Part shown: positions 46,779-55,888 of the stretch, one piece after another
How the letters are laid out: the number at the start of each line of letters is the position of its first letter
How positions within the stretch are numbered: position 1 is the first letter of the stretch
Assembly: GCA_039933105.1 (NCBI GenBank)
Contig: JBDTOT010000012.1
Coordinates: 41,202-105,201, forward strand
Length of the DNA: 64,000 nt
Origin: Gammaproteobacteria bacterium
Lineage (GTDB): Bacteria > Pseudomonadota > Gammaproteobacteria > Steroidobacterales > Rariloculaceae
Direction: 5' to 3'
Translations under genes and position numbers: made by a program
The notes under the pieces: model-generated
Seen by the model: the letters and a program-made list of their open reading frames with translations, nothing else
Databases searched by the model: none
What the model was told of the DNA's origin: nothing

Positions 46779-48057
46779 ACGGGGGCAGCTCCGCTTTGAT
46801 CACGAGAGCCGGCTCCTGGTCGGCGACGACGCGGTACGCGCCTACTCCCACGGGCACGAGCGCGGACTCGCCGCGCGCAAGCCGGCCCACGTTCTTGCCG
46901 TCCGTGGCGTACACGCTCACGGCGCCCGCGAGCGCATGGAGCGTGTGCGGCGGCGTAGCCGGCACGTCGACGGACACGAGCGCAGTCGGCGTCAGATGTT
47001 CGATACGAAAATATTCGCTGTCGACCGAGCGCTGCACTCCCGCACGCACGGTTCGCGGCAGCACGATGAACTCGTCGGGCCGCGTGGCGGAGAGATTCAC
47101 GGCGCCGAACGTGGCGTCGATGTCGATGGGCCGCAACGGGAACCGTACGTTGTCCCACGCGCGGTAGGTGACACCCGGCCGGCGAATCTCGAGCGCGAGC
47201 AGCGAGCGTCCTTCGGGACTACCGAGCGCATGTATCTCGGCCGATGCCGGCCGGCCGCTCGCGGCGACGATGCGCGCCGGATTCGAGTTGTGCACCACCA
47301 TGCCCGCAGACACTGGCACCGCGTTCATGCTGTCGAGCGCCTGCCAATACACGGCGCGCAACGTCGAGAGGCACGCGGCGGCAGTCGCCCACTTAGTGGA
47401 GGCAACGCGCGGCCGCAGAATGCCTTCGATCGCCGTGATCTTCGCGCCGCGATTCGAGAGCCACGGCTTCAGTAGCGCTTGCAGCTGTTCGGGCGACACC
47501 GTGCCCGCACAGAGATCGAGCAACTGTTGCTGATCGCGCCGACCGGCGGCGAACTGTGCCGCGAGCTTCTTCGCATCGGCGTCCTTGCTGAAGCCGAGCC
47601 GGATCGTGGCGCCCGGATCGGCCGCAACGATGACGTACACCTCGGTACCACCGGGCGGATGCGCTTGTATGGACAGAAGCTCAGCGACATCCAGCAGCTT
47701 CGGCAACAAAGGTAGCCGCTTCCCGTATCGGTCGACAAACTCGGCGCCGAGCAGAGCATCGGCGTGCGCGGAAAGCAAAACGGGCAGAGGAGCGCTGGAG
47801 CCGTCGTCGAAATCGATGACGCTTGGAAATTTGCGCGCCTCATCGTCCGAGTCGTCGGCTGCGAGCTCGAACGACTCGCCGATGGCACCGCGTGTGGACA
47901 TGGCGCCGAGCCGTTTGAAGTCGCGCAAGCGCACCCCGCCCCACGGCCGCTCGACGAGATTGTCGCTCCGCGGCTTCAGCAATCGCGCGCTCAACGCGGC
48001 GGCAGCCGCGCTATCCCCCGTCATGAGCCGTTCCGCCTCGGAATTCGTCCGCGCCAT
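46768..48057 (-). CDS. Type I phosphomannose isomerase-like cupin with large insertion
   Basis: ERPWGG, LPLLPKLLD..LSIQAHP, TEVY, EIHALG, TYRAWD; start uncertain. Confidence 0.7.
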   Translation of the reverse strand: MARTNSEAERLMTGDSAAAAALSARLLKPRSDNLVERPWGGVRLRDFKRLGAMSTRGAIGESFELAADDSDDEARKFPSVIDFDDGSSAPLPVLLSAHADALLGAEFVDRYGKRLPLLPKLLDVAELLSIQAHPPGGTEVYVIVAADPGATIRLGFSKDADAKKLAAQFAAGRRDQQQLLDLCAGTVSPEQLQALLKPWLSNRGAKITAIEGILRPRVASTKWATAAACLSTLRAVYWQALDSMNAVPVSAGMVVHNSNPARIVAASGRPASAEIHALGSPEGRSLLALEIRRPGVTYRAWDNVRFPLRPIDIDATFGAVNLSATRPDEFIVLPRTVRAGVQRSVDSEYFRIEHLTPTALVSVDVPATPPHTLHALAGAVSVYATDGKNVGRLARGESALVPVGVGAYRVVADQEPALVIKAELPPYAA

Positions 48058-48231
48058 CGTAGAACCCTTGCGGACGCACTCATTTTTGCTCACGCAAAGA
48101 GCCACGTCCCATTTCGTTTTGGAGGCGGCAGTATGCCATGGCCGCGATATGTCAAAACGTGACTGAATACCGGGCCGATACGGGCTTCGCAGCGTAGCCT
48201 GACCGTCACTTCCGTTGATTATGGTCCACTG

Positions 48232-50928
48232 ATGGCTAACCCCCGGGACTTAGCCGAACAAGCGTTCGCCCTGCTGCAAGACGCGCTGCGCGACTCGGAA
48301 GCGCGGGCATCGGATTTGGACGAGCAGCTGAAGCGCAAGCGAGCGCCGAAGACGAAGCTCGAAGAGCAGCTCGACGTCCTGACGCATCGACTCGAACAAA
48401 TCGAGACCGAGCGCGCCCATTGGGAACACCAGGCCAGCCACCTCGAAGAGGTTGCCGAGGCCGAGCGCGTAAAAGTCGCGCAGCTGAAGAAAAAACTCGA
48501 GATCGCCGAATCCGGCCCCGAGAAGCTCACCAAGAAAGAGGTCAACTACTGGCGCGAGCGCGCCGAGACCTTCGACACCGAAACCCACGACTACAAGACG
48601 CGGCTTGCCGGCTTGCAGCGTGAGCTCATGGGGCGTGACGCCCAGCTCACAGAGCTCCAACATTCACCTCAGACCGAAATGGCGGACTCCGTAGAGTCGC
48701 CCGCCGAGCCAAACGAAATCACGGACGAGCTGCGCCATCAGGTCCAGCAACGCGACCAGTGGTTGGCCGAGCTGCGGCTCGAGCTGCACGACCTTCGCAC
48801 GCAGGCGACCGGCACGGCCGAGCCCCCTCTCGAGACGCTGGCCGAAATCGAAACGCTGCGCCACCAGGTGACGAGCCTCGAGCGTGCGCTGGCCGAGGCA
48901 CATAACACTCGCGCCGCGGCGCAGGCCGATCTGCACCGCGCCACGCAGGACCTTGCCGCACGCGAGCGCGCCGTTCGCGAAGCCGACGCGGCAAGTGAAC
49001 GGTCGCAAGGTCTCGTGCGCGAGCGCGAACACCGGATCGTGGAGCTCTCGGCGGCGGTCGAGCAGTTGCGCAGCGAGTCGCACCAACGCGAGCACCAGAT
49101 CCGCGCCGACAACGCGGAGCACACCGACCAGATTGCGGCGCTTTCGCGCGAGCTCATGCAGCTGCGCAGCCGCGCCGACCACGATCGCCAAGCAGCGGCG
49201 AATGCGAGCGTCGAGATCGAGGAGGCCCGCTCCGCCCGTTCCGCAGCCGAGCAACGCACAGCCGCGGCCGAATCGGCGATCGACGAAGCTCGCGCCTCAG
49301 CCGAGCTGCGCGTAGTCGCAGCCGAAGAAGCGCTCGCACGCGCCGAGCGCGCGGTAGTGGAACGCGGCCAACAGCACAACGAAACTGCGGCGGCCGTTCA
49401 ACGCCTCGAGCTCGACGTCATACAGCGCGAGCAAGCGCTGGCGGAACGCGCAGAACAGGTGCGAGAGCTCGGTCAACGGCTCGCCGACCGCGAACAGCAC
49501 ATCGACGCGATGAATGGCGACCTCGAGCGCGCCAAAGCTACGGTTGCGGCCAACGGCCGTGAGATTTCGAGCCTGCGCGAAACATTGCAGGCCGCGAATG
49601 GCGATTTGGAGCATGCAAGAGGCGCGGTCGCGGCGAACGATCGCGAAATCTCGGGCCTGCGCGACACGCTGGAGGCTGCGAACGGCGATCTCGAGCACGC
49701 TAAAGCTACGGTTGCGGCCAACGGCCGCGAGATCTCGAGCCTCCGTGAGACGCTGCAGGCAGCAAACCGCGATCTCGAGCAAACCCGCGGACAGGTTGCG
49801 GATTTCGAAGCCACGCGCACCGCCGATCGCAACCACGCCGAAGCGTTGGCGAAAGAGCTGGCCGACACGAAAGAACAGCTCATGACGCTACACGCCGCCC
49901 AGACCGAGACCCGCCGCCAGGCGGACGCGTTCGCGGACGAAGTCGCCGCCGCACGCGAGCAAATCGCAGGGCTCGAAGCGGAGCTGAAGGAAGAGAAGGA
50001 CAACGCCGAGAATCTCGGCGAGCTCGCCAACGAACGCCGCGAGCACATGACGAAGCTCCAGGAGCAAGTCGAGGAAGCCGAGGAACGCTTCGCCGAAGCC
50101 GATTGGCGACTCGGCAAAGCGCTCTACTTCGAGAAGCTCGTCAAGCGCCGCAAGGGACTGGTCGCGAAGCTACTCGAAGCGCTGCGCGGGAAGATGAAGG
50201 CCAACGTGGCGCTGAAGGCCGGCCTCGACGGTCTACGTACCTACAAGGCGTCGGCCGAAGCGAACCAGCAGAAGATGCTGCAACGCCTCGACAAGATGAA
50301 GGCGCAGCTCACGGAAGCCGAAGACACGATCAAGAAATATCAGGGCGCCACGCACACGAAGGAAGAGCTCGCGCGCGTGGAGTCGCGCGCAACCGACCTT
50401 GAAATGCGCCTGAACACGCAAGCCGAAATCATTCAGTCGCTCGAGGCCGAGCTGAAGACGGTGCGACTTGCCCATCACACGGGCGACAACGACGCGAGCC
50501 AGCAAATCGAGCAACTGCGCGCGGAGCTCGAGACGAAGAGCCAGATCATCAATAAGCTCCAGGAAGATGCCGATGACCAGCAGCGCAAGCTCGGCAAGCT
50601 GCGCGGCAGCGAGTCGGAGACGGTGCGTCTCAAAGCGCTGACGGAGAAAGACCGCGGCGAGATCGACACCCTGCAACGCGAGATCGCGCAGCTTCGCGAG
50701 GCGCTCGCGCGGCAGAACGCCGCCGCGGCGGCATCCGGTAGCGACCACCCCGAGCTCGCGGCCATGCTGAAGGAGCGGGAGCAGACGGTCACACGCCTCA
50801 TGGCCACCGTCAAAGAGCACGAAAGCACGATCAAGAAGTTGAATGAATCGGCCGAGGGTTGGAAGCGCAAATACCAATTCCTTGCGGCCGATGAGCCCGA
50901 CGCCCACAAGTCCGCGGCCGAGCAGTAG
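48232..50928 (+). CDS. 898-aa extended coiled-coil protein
   Basis: continuous E/Q/R/K/A/L heptad-rich sequence, no TM or ATPase motif, host-like codon usage. Confidence 0.85.
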   Translation: MANPRDLAEQAFALLQDALRDSEARASDLDEQLKRKRAPKTKLEEQLDVLTHRLEQIETERAHWEHQASHLEEVAEAERVKVAQLKKKLEIAESGPEKLTKKEVNYWRERAETFDTETHDYKTRLAGLQRELMGRDAQLTELQHSPQTEMADSVESPAEPNEITDELRHQVQQRDQWLAELRLELHDLRTQATGTAEPPLETLAEIETLRHQVTSLERALAEAHNTRAAAQADLHRATQDLAARERAVREADAASERSQGLVREREHRIVELSAAVEQLRSESHQREHQIRADNAEHTDQIAALSRELMQLRSRADHDRQAAANASVEIEEARSARSAAEQRTAAAESAIDEARASAELRVVAAEEALARAERAVVERGQQHNETAAAVQRLELDVIQREQALAERAEQVRELGQRLADREQHIDAMNGDLERAKATVAANGREISSLRETLQAANGDLEHARGAVAANDREISGLRDTLEAANGDLEHAKATVAANGREISSLRETLQAANRDLEQTRGQVADFEATRTADRNHAEALAKELADTKEQLMTLHAAQTETRRQADAFADEVAAAREQIAGLEAELKEEKDNAENLGELANERREHMTKLQEQVEEAEERFAEADWRLGKALYFEKLVKRRKGLVAKLLEALRGKMKANVALKAGLDGLRTYKASAEANQQKMLQRLDKMKAQLTEAEDTIKKYQGATHTKEELARVESRATDLEMRLNTQAEIIQSLEAELKTVRLAHHTGDNDASQQIEQLRAELETKSQIINKLQEDADDQQRKLGKLRGSESETVRLKALTEKDRGEIDTLQREIAQLREALARQNAAAAASGSDHPELAAMLKEREQTVTRLMATVKEHESTIKKLNESAEGWKRKYQFLAADEPDAHKSAAEQ
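49513..49782 (+). repeat. Intragenic 84-bp (28-aa) tandem repeat, three full copies plus a partial fourth
   Basis: units start 49513, 49597, 49681, 49765: NGDLE(R/H)A(K/R)xxVAAN(G/D)REIS(S/G)LR(E/D)TL(Q/E)AA. Confidence 0.9.
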
Positions 50929-50943
50929 CTCGAGGCTCGCAGC

Positions 50944-51795
50944 ATGTCCATCGGCGTCTTCCTTGGCTCCTTGGCCAGTCGCGGCCTGGATTTCGCGTCG
51001 CTCGGCGCCGCCTACCTCGTGTTGCTGGCGACGGTGCTACTAACGACTTGCGCCTTCATCGCCGCACGTCATTACCTCGTGATCTCACCGAATCGCTGGA
51101 CGCGCGACCACGGCGTCTACGTCTCGTGGCTGCTCGCCACGCTGCTCATCGCCACGCTGCTCGAGAACGAAACGCTACCGCACGGCAATGCCACCACGCA
51201 TTACGCCGCCGTGCCGCAACTGCTGTTGCTGCTAGGCTTGAACGCGTGGATCTGGAAACGACAAGAGCCGTGGCTCGTGGCGCTCGGCGCCGCAGCGGGG
51301 GCTGCCACAATCATCGTGACGGTGGCGCTCGCGTTCGCGACGAAGCTCGTCGGCGCGGCTTACGTCGTCACGGCACTGGTGCTCTCAGCGCTGCTCGTAC
51401 TGTTGTGGTTGAAGGCCGTATCGACGAAGAGCCAGTTCCTGCACGCCGACACCATCTATATCGCCTCGAAGGAAATGCTCGGTGCCGTCGTTGCGGCCCA
51501 GAAACCCTGGCTTGGTCTGCCACAGTGGGCCGCGTTGATCGCCGCAAGTGTCGGTCTAGCCGTGGGCAATTCCCTGTTGCGCGGCGCAGCACTCGAGCAA
51601 ATTCCGGCCACCGAGGTCGCAGGTCAGTCGCTGATCTTGCTCGGTGTAACAGCGGTCGTAGGTGCCGTACCGGCAGCGACCTACTGGTTGCTTCGCAAGT
51701 CCTGGATGCCGGAGCTCACGCGGCTCGTGTGGCTCGCGTGGATGGTCATCGGCTTCGCATTCACGTACGGAAACTACCTCACCGCCCGGGCGTGA
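50944..51795 (+). CDS. Hypothetical polytopic membrane protein
   Basis: about 8 hydrophobic segments; 15 bp after the coiled-coil gene. Confidence 0.75.
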   Translation: MSIGVFLGSLASRGLDFASLGAAYLVLLATVLLTTCAFIAARHYLVISPNRWTRDHGVYVSWLLATLLIATLLENETLPHGNATTHYAAVPQLLLLLGLNAWIWKRQEPWLVALGAAAGAATIIVTVALAFATKLVGAAYVVTALVLSALLVLLWLKAVSTKSQFLHADTIYIASKEMLGAVVAAQKPWLGLPQWAALIAASVGLAVGNSLLRGAALEQIPATEVAGQSLILLGVTAVVGAVPAATYWLLRKSWMPELTRLVWLAWMVIGFAFTYGNYLTARA

Positions 51796-52411
51796 CTCGC
51801 GCCAATAGTTGCGGCGTGAAGTCCGTGCGAAAACGCGCAAGAGTGTCGACGTCGCTCAAATCGCGCACCTGCGTAACCTCGAGCCCCTCGTAGCCGCAGG
51901 GATTGATACCCGCAAACGGGGCCAGATCCATCGCAACGTTCACGGCCAGGCCGTGGTACGAGCAGTGGCGTTTCACGCGCAGCCCGACCGCTCCAAGCTT
52001 CGCGCGCGCATGCTTGCCGCTCGCAACGTACACACCCGGCGCGTCGCGTCGGGCAATCGCCTCGATGCCATACGCAGCGACCGTGTCGATGACGGCGCCT
52101 TCCAGCGCCTGCACGAGCGTACGTGCGGTCCAGCCGAGGCGCTTCAAGTCGAGCAGCACGTAGGCCACGAGCTGACCGGGGCCGTGATAGGTGACCTGAC
52201 CGCCGCGATCGATCTGCACCACGGGGATGTCGCCAGGGGCGAGCAAATGAGATCGGTCAGCGCGCATGCCGAGCGTATACACGGGCGGGTGCTCGACGAA
52301 CCACACCTCGTCGCGAGTGTCGGCCGTGCGCTCGGCCGTGAACGCCTGCATCTCTTCGAAGACGCCGGGTAGCGGCCGGAAGCCAAGATCACGAACGAGC
52401 GGCGCGGGCAC
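51779..52411 (-). CDS. lipB: Octanoyltransferase
   Basis: EHPPVYTLG, DRGGQVTYHGPGQ, YHGLAVN, INPCG. Confidence 0.95.
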   Translation of the reverse strand: MPAPLVRDLGFRPLPGVFEEMQAFTAERTADTRDEVWFVEHPPVYTLGMRADRSHLLAPGDIPVVQIDRGGQVTYHGPGQLVAYVLLDLKRLGWTARTLVQALEGAVIDTVAAYGIEAIARRDAPGVYVASGKHARAKLGAVGLRVKRHCSYHGLAVNVAMDLAPFAGINPCGYEGLEVTQVRDLSDVDTLARFRTDFTPQLLARVTPGR

Positions 52412-52418
52412 GGCGGTC

Positions 52419-52682
52419 CTAGATCACCATGATGACCTCGTCGCTCGCGACGAGATCGTTGTACATGGCATCGATTTGCGCACGGCTCTTGGCGTGCACC
52501 GTGATCGTGAGGCTCAGGTAGTTGCCCTTCTTGCTCAGATGCTCGATGACTTTGTGCGCATCGCCGTAGTGGGCTTCGGCAATTTTTACGGCCGCGGCGC
52601 GAAACTTCTGATCGTTGCGGCCGAACACTTTGACCGGCACATCCGTCGGAAACTTCAGCAGCGATTCGGGCGAATCGCTCAC
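52419..52682 (-). CDS. ybeD: DUF493/YbeD protein
   Basis: LLKFP..VKVFG, SKKGNYLSLT; conserved position between dacA and lipB. Confidence 0.9.
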   Translation of the reverse strand: MSDSPESLLKFPTDVPVKVFGRNDQKFRAAAVKIAEAHYGDAHKVIEHLSKKGNYLSLTITVHAKSRAQIDAMYNDLVASDEVIMVI

Positions 52683-53809
52683 TTGAGCGCCGACTTCAAG
52701 CGCGACCAGACGCCACCCTCCGACACGCCCGTCAGCACGACAAGCGGCGCGCTCGCGAGCTGGTGGCCTCCAAAAGAGACGTTGACCGAGCCCACGGTCG
52801 CGCCAGGCACAAGCGGCGCTGCGAGATCCTGGAGCCGGTCCATGCTGGCCTGCAGCAGCGAAAAACCGCCGCGCGGAATCGTCACGAAGATGTCGGCCGC
52901 GGTCCCCACACCGGCGAACTCGGCGTCGCCGCCGATCACGGGCGCGGCCTCGATCTGCTGGCCGGCGGAATACAGCTTGCGCGTCTCGTAGTTCGCGAAA
53001 CCATAGTCCAAGAGCTTCTTCGCGCCGTCGTTACGCTGGCGCGGACTTTGCGCACCGAGCACGACGGCGATCAACCGCATGCCCTCGCGTTCCGCCGAGC
53101 TCACGAGACAGTATCCGGCGGCGCTCGTGTGCCCCGTCTTCATGCCGTCGACGCTCGGGTCGCGCCACAGAAGCTGGTTACGGTTCTGCTGCGTGATGCC
53201 GTTGTAGCTGAACTCGCGTTCGGAATAGAGCCGGTAGTAGTCGGGAAACTCCGAGATGATGGCGCGGGCCAAGATCGCTAGATCGTGCGCGGTGGTGTAA
53301 TGGTCTTTTGCCGGTAAGCCATGCGGATTGCGCCACTGCGAGTTGTTCATGCTGAGCCGCTTGGCGGCCGCGTTCATCTGCACGACGAACCCGTCGACGG
53401 AGCCGCCGACGAACTCCGCCAGCGCCACGCTCGCGTCGTTGCCGGACTGGATCAACATGCCGCGCACGAGGTCTTCGACGGCCACGTGCGAGTTCGGCTC
53501 GATGAACATGCGCGTGCCGCTCTGGTGCCACGCCTTCACGCTCACGGGCGCCTGGTCGGCAATCTTGATCTGTCCACGCTTCAGTGCACCGAACACGACG
53601 TACGCCGTCATCAGCTTCGTCAAGCTCGCCGGCGGCAGCCGCTCGTCGGCAGCGTTCGACGCGAGCACGGTGTCGGTCGCGAAATCCACGAGGTAGTACG
53701 TGTTGAAGTCGACCTTCGGCGGTAACGTCGAAGGCCCGTCGGCGGCGACAGCAGCCGTGCCAAACGCCGCGGCCAGACAAAAAACGACTGTGTTGCGACT
53801 CAGGCTCAT
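52679..53809 (-). CDS. dacA: D-Ala-D-Ala carboxypeptidase (PBP5/6)
   Basis: PASLTKLMT, SGNDA, DGMKTGHT. Confidence 0.92.
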   Translation of the reverse strand: MSLSRNTVVFCLAAAFGTAAVAADGPSTLPPKVDFNTYYLVDFATDTVLASNAADERLPPASLTKLMTAYVVFGALKRGQIKIADQAPVSVKAWHQSGTRMFIEPNSHVAVEDLVRGMLIQSGNDASVALAEFVGGSVDGFVVQMNAAAKRLSMNNSQWRNPHGLPAKDHYTTAHDLAILARAIISEFPDYYRLYSEREFSYNGITQQNRNQLLWRDPSVDGMKTGHTSAAGYCLVSSAEREGMRLIAVVLGAQSPRQRNDGAKKLLDYGFANYETRKLYSAGQQIEAAPVIGGDAEFAGVGTAADIFVTIPRGGFSLLQASMDRLQDLAAPLVPGATVGSVNVSFGGHQLASAPLVVLTGVSEGGVWSRLKSALK

Positions 53810-53816
53810 TGCCCCC

Positions 53817-54770
53817 TCACCTATCGACTACGAGCTGCGGGTTCGCGACGCCGGCCGCGAGCAATCGCGATTTCACGCGATCGAACTCGGCGGAATCACC
53901 GATCGGGCCGAGCCGCACGCGATGTAACGCGCGCGCACCATGTCCATCGGTGACGATGAATGGATTCACGAACCCGTCGGCTGTGAGGCGCGCGACGAGT
54001 CGCACGGCGTTCTCACGCTCCGAGAACGCGCCGGCCTGCACGAACATCCGCGAACGCGAAGCCGCCGGCGGCGCCGATGAGGTTAGGGAAGGTAGCCCGA
54101 GCACGGACGCGGTGATGGGCCCGGGCGCACCGGGCGCGCCGGGCACGATCACGGGCCGCGCGGCAACGACCGGCGGCGCCGCGCTTGGCGGCGGGGTGGC
54201 AACGGGCGCTGGCGCCGGCGTGACGGGCGGCGCGGCGGCGATGATCGGCTGCGCATACGGCGCGGCCATCGCTCGCACTTCGACGCGCGCGGTGCCGTTG
54301 CGCACCATGTCGAGCTGCGTGGCCGCTGCGTAGGAAAGATCGATGATCCGATTGGCGACGAACGGTCCGCGGTCGTTGACCTTCACGACCACGCTTCGGC
54401 CGTTCTCGAGGTTCGTGACTTCGACCCACGTGGGCAATGGCAACGTGGTATGCGCCGCCGTCATCGCATTCATGTCGTACCGCTCGCCGCTCGAGGTGGC
54501 GAGGCCGTGGAAATCGGGCCCGTACCACGAGGCGGTGCCTCGCGCACGATAGCCAGCGCTCGTGGGTAGCACGTGGTAGCGTTTGCCGAGCACGTTGTAG
54601 AACGGCGGATTGCCGCGCTCGCTGCGCGTCTCGCCTTCGCTCTGCACGGTGCTCGAGCGCGTCACCGCCGCGGGCTCTTCTCGGCGCCCGCCGCCGGAAC
54701 ACGCCGCGAGCAACGCCATCAACACGATCGCGCCGCTGGTTTGAAGCTGGCGACGCGTGCCGTGTATCAC
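53817..54770 (-). CDS. rlpA: Septal lytic transglycosylase RlpA (DPBB + SPOR)
   Basis: lipobox LAAC; GTASWYG, TAAHTTLPLP, VNDRGPF, RIIDLSY; SPOR VQAGAFS..RVRLGP. Confidence 0.93.
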   Translation of the reverse strand: MIHGTRRQLQTSGAIVLMALLAACSGGGRREEPAAVTRSSTVQSEGETRSERGNPPFYNVLGKRYHVLPTSAGYRARGTASWYGPDFHGLATSSGERYDMNAMTAAHTTLPLPTWVEVTNLENGRSVVVKVNDRGPFVANRIIDLSYAAATQLDMVRNGTARVEVRAMAAPYAQPIIAAAPPVTPAPAPVATPPPSAAPPVVAARPVIVPGAPGAPGPITASVLGLPSLTSSAPPAASRSRMFVQAGAFSERENAVRLVARLTADGFVNPFIVTDGHGARALHRVRLGPIGDSAEFDRVKSRLLAAGVANPQLVVDR

Positions 54771-55888
54771 CGCTCCACACTCCCGGTTTCGGTTGCGACA
54801 GCGGTCTTGGCTTCGTAACGCGCGCGGATGGCTTGCCCGAGATCGTAGGCGGCGAGCGCATATTTCGGGCTACGGTTGTAACGGGTAATCACGTGGAAGT
54901 TGTTGAACCCCACCCAGTACTCCGAACCGCCGCCTGCGGCTTCGAGCCCGAACAGCGCGGCCGGCGCGTCGGCCGGCAGATCGGTGGTGAACACGTAACC
55001 CTCGCGCCGCAACGAACCCACCGTGTCCTTCAGATCCATGCTGTTACGCGGTTCGGCCCCTTTGAATTTCGGGCCCCGCGATGCCTGCTGCACGACGGGC
55101 TGGCCGGTTTGCCAACCGCTCATCTTGAAGTAGTTGGCGACGCTGCCGAGCGCGTCGTCCCAGTTGTTCCATAGATCGCGTTTGCCGTCGGCGTCAGCGT
55201 CCACCGCATACCTGCGAAAGCTCGACGGGATGAACTGCCCTGCGCCCATGGCGCCGGCATACGAGCCGAGCGCCGCGGTCGCGTCGAAGCGTTCTTCGCG
55301 TGCGAGCAGCACGAACTGCTCGAGCTCGGACGAGAAAAACGTCGCCCGCGGCGGGAACGCGAACGCGAGCGTCGCGAGCGCGTCGAGCACGCGATACTTA
55401 CCCATCCGAGTGCCGAAATAGGTTTCGACACCGACGATGGCGACGATCATCTCAGGCGCCACGCCATACTGCGCTGCGACAGACTCGATATCCTTTGCGT
55501 GCTCCACCCAGAACTGCGCACCGGCGGCAATGCGCTCTTCGGTGAGGAAGATCTTGCGGTACTGAAACCACGGCACGACGCGCTCGGCGGGTTTCGACAT
55601 CGCGTCGAGGACGCTTTGTACGATCTGCGCCTGGTCGAGCAGCGCCGTGAGCTCGCCGCGATCGAAGTCGTGTTGCTTGACCATCTTGTCGACGAACGCC
55701 GCCTTGGCGGCGGCGACGGCCGCAGCGCTCGGCACGGGTGCCGGCGTGGGTGCTGACGCGGCGGCGGATGGCACTGGTGTCGGCGCAGGCGTGGACGTGG
55801 GTGCCGGCGCGGATTCCTGGCTCGTCGCGGCGAACGCGTACAGCACGCAGCCCAAACCGAAGATCCGCCGTCCGAAGTCCACTGCCAT
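54767..55888 (-). CDS. mltB: Lytic murein transglycosylase B
   Basis: IVGVETYFG, GSYAGAMGAGQFIPSS, SVANYF, ITRYNRS; true start about 55888/55891 (ORF-track extension is a rodA shadow). Confidence 0.93.
   Translation of the reverse strand: MAVDFGRRIFGLGCVLYAFAATSQESAPAPTSTPAPTPVPSAAASAPTPAPVPSAAAVAAAKAAFVDKMVKQHDFDRGELTALLDQAQIVQSVLDAMSKPAERVVPWFQYRKIFLTEERIAAGAQFWVEHAKDIESVAAQYGVAPEMIVAIVGVETYFGTRMGKYRVLDALATLAFAFPPRATFFSSELEQFVLLAREERFDATAALGSYAGAMGAGQFIPSSFRRYAVDADADGKRDLWNNWDDALGSVANYFKMSGWQTGQPVVQQASRGPKFKGAEPRNSMDLKDTVGSLRREGYVFTTDLPADAPAALFGLEAAGGGSEYWVGFNNFHVITRYNRSPKYALAAYDLGQAIRARYEAKTAVATETGSVER

Noticed and set aside
55730-55812. Pro/Ala repeat in the MltB N-terminus
   Set aside because: Ordinary low-complexity linker, like those in E2 and RlpA here.
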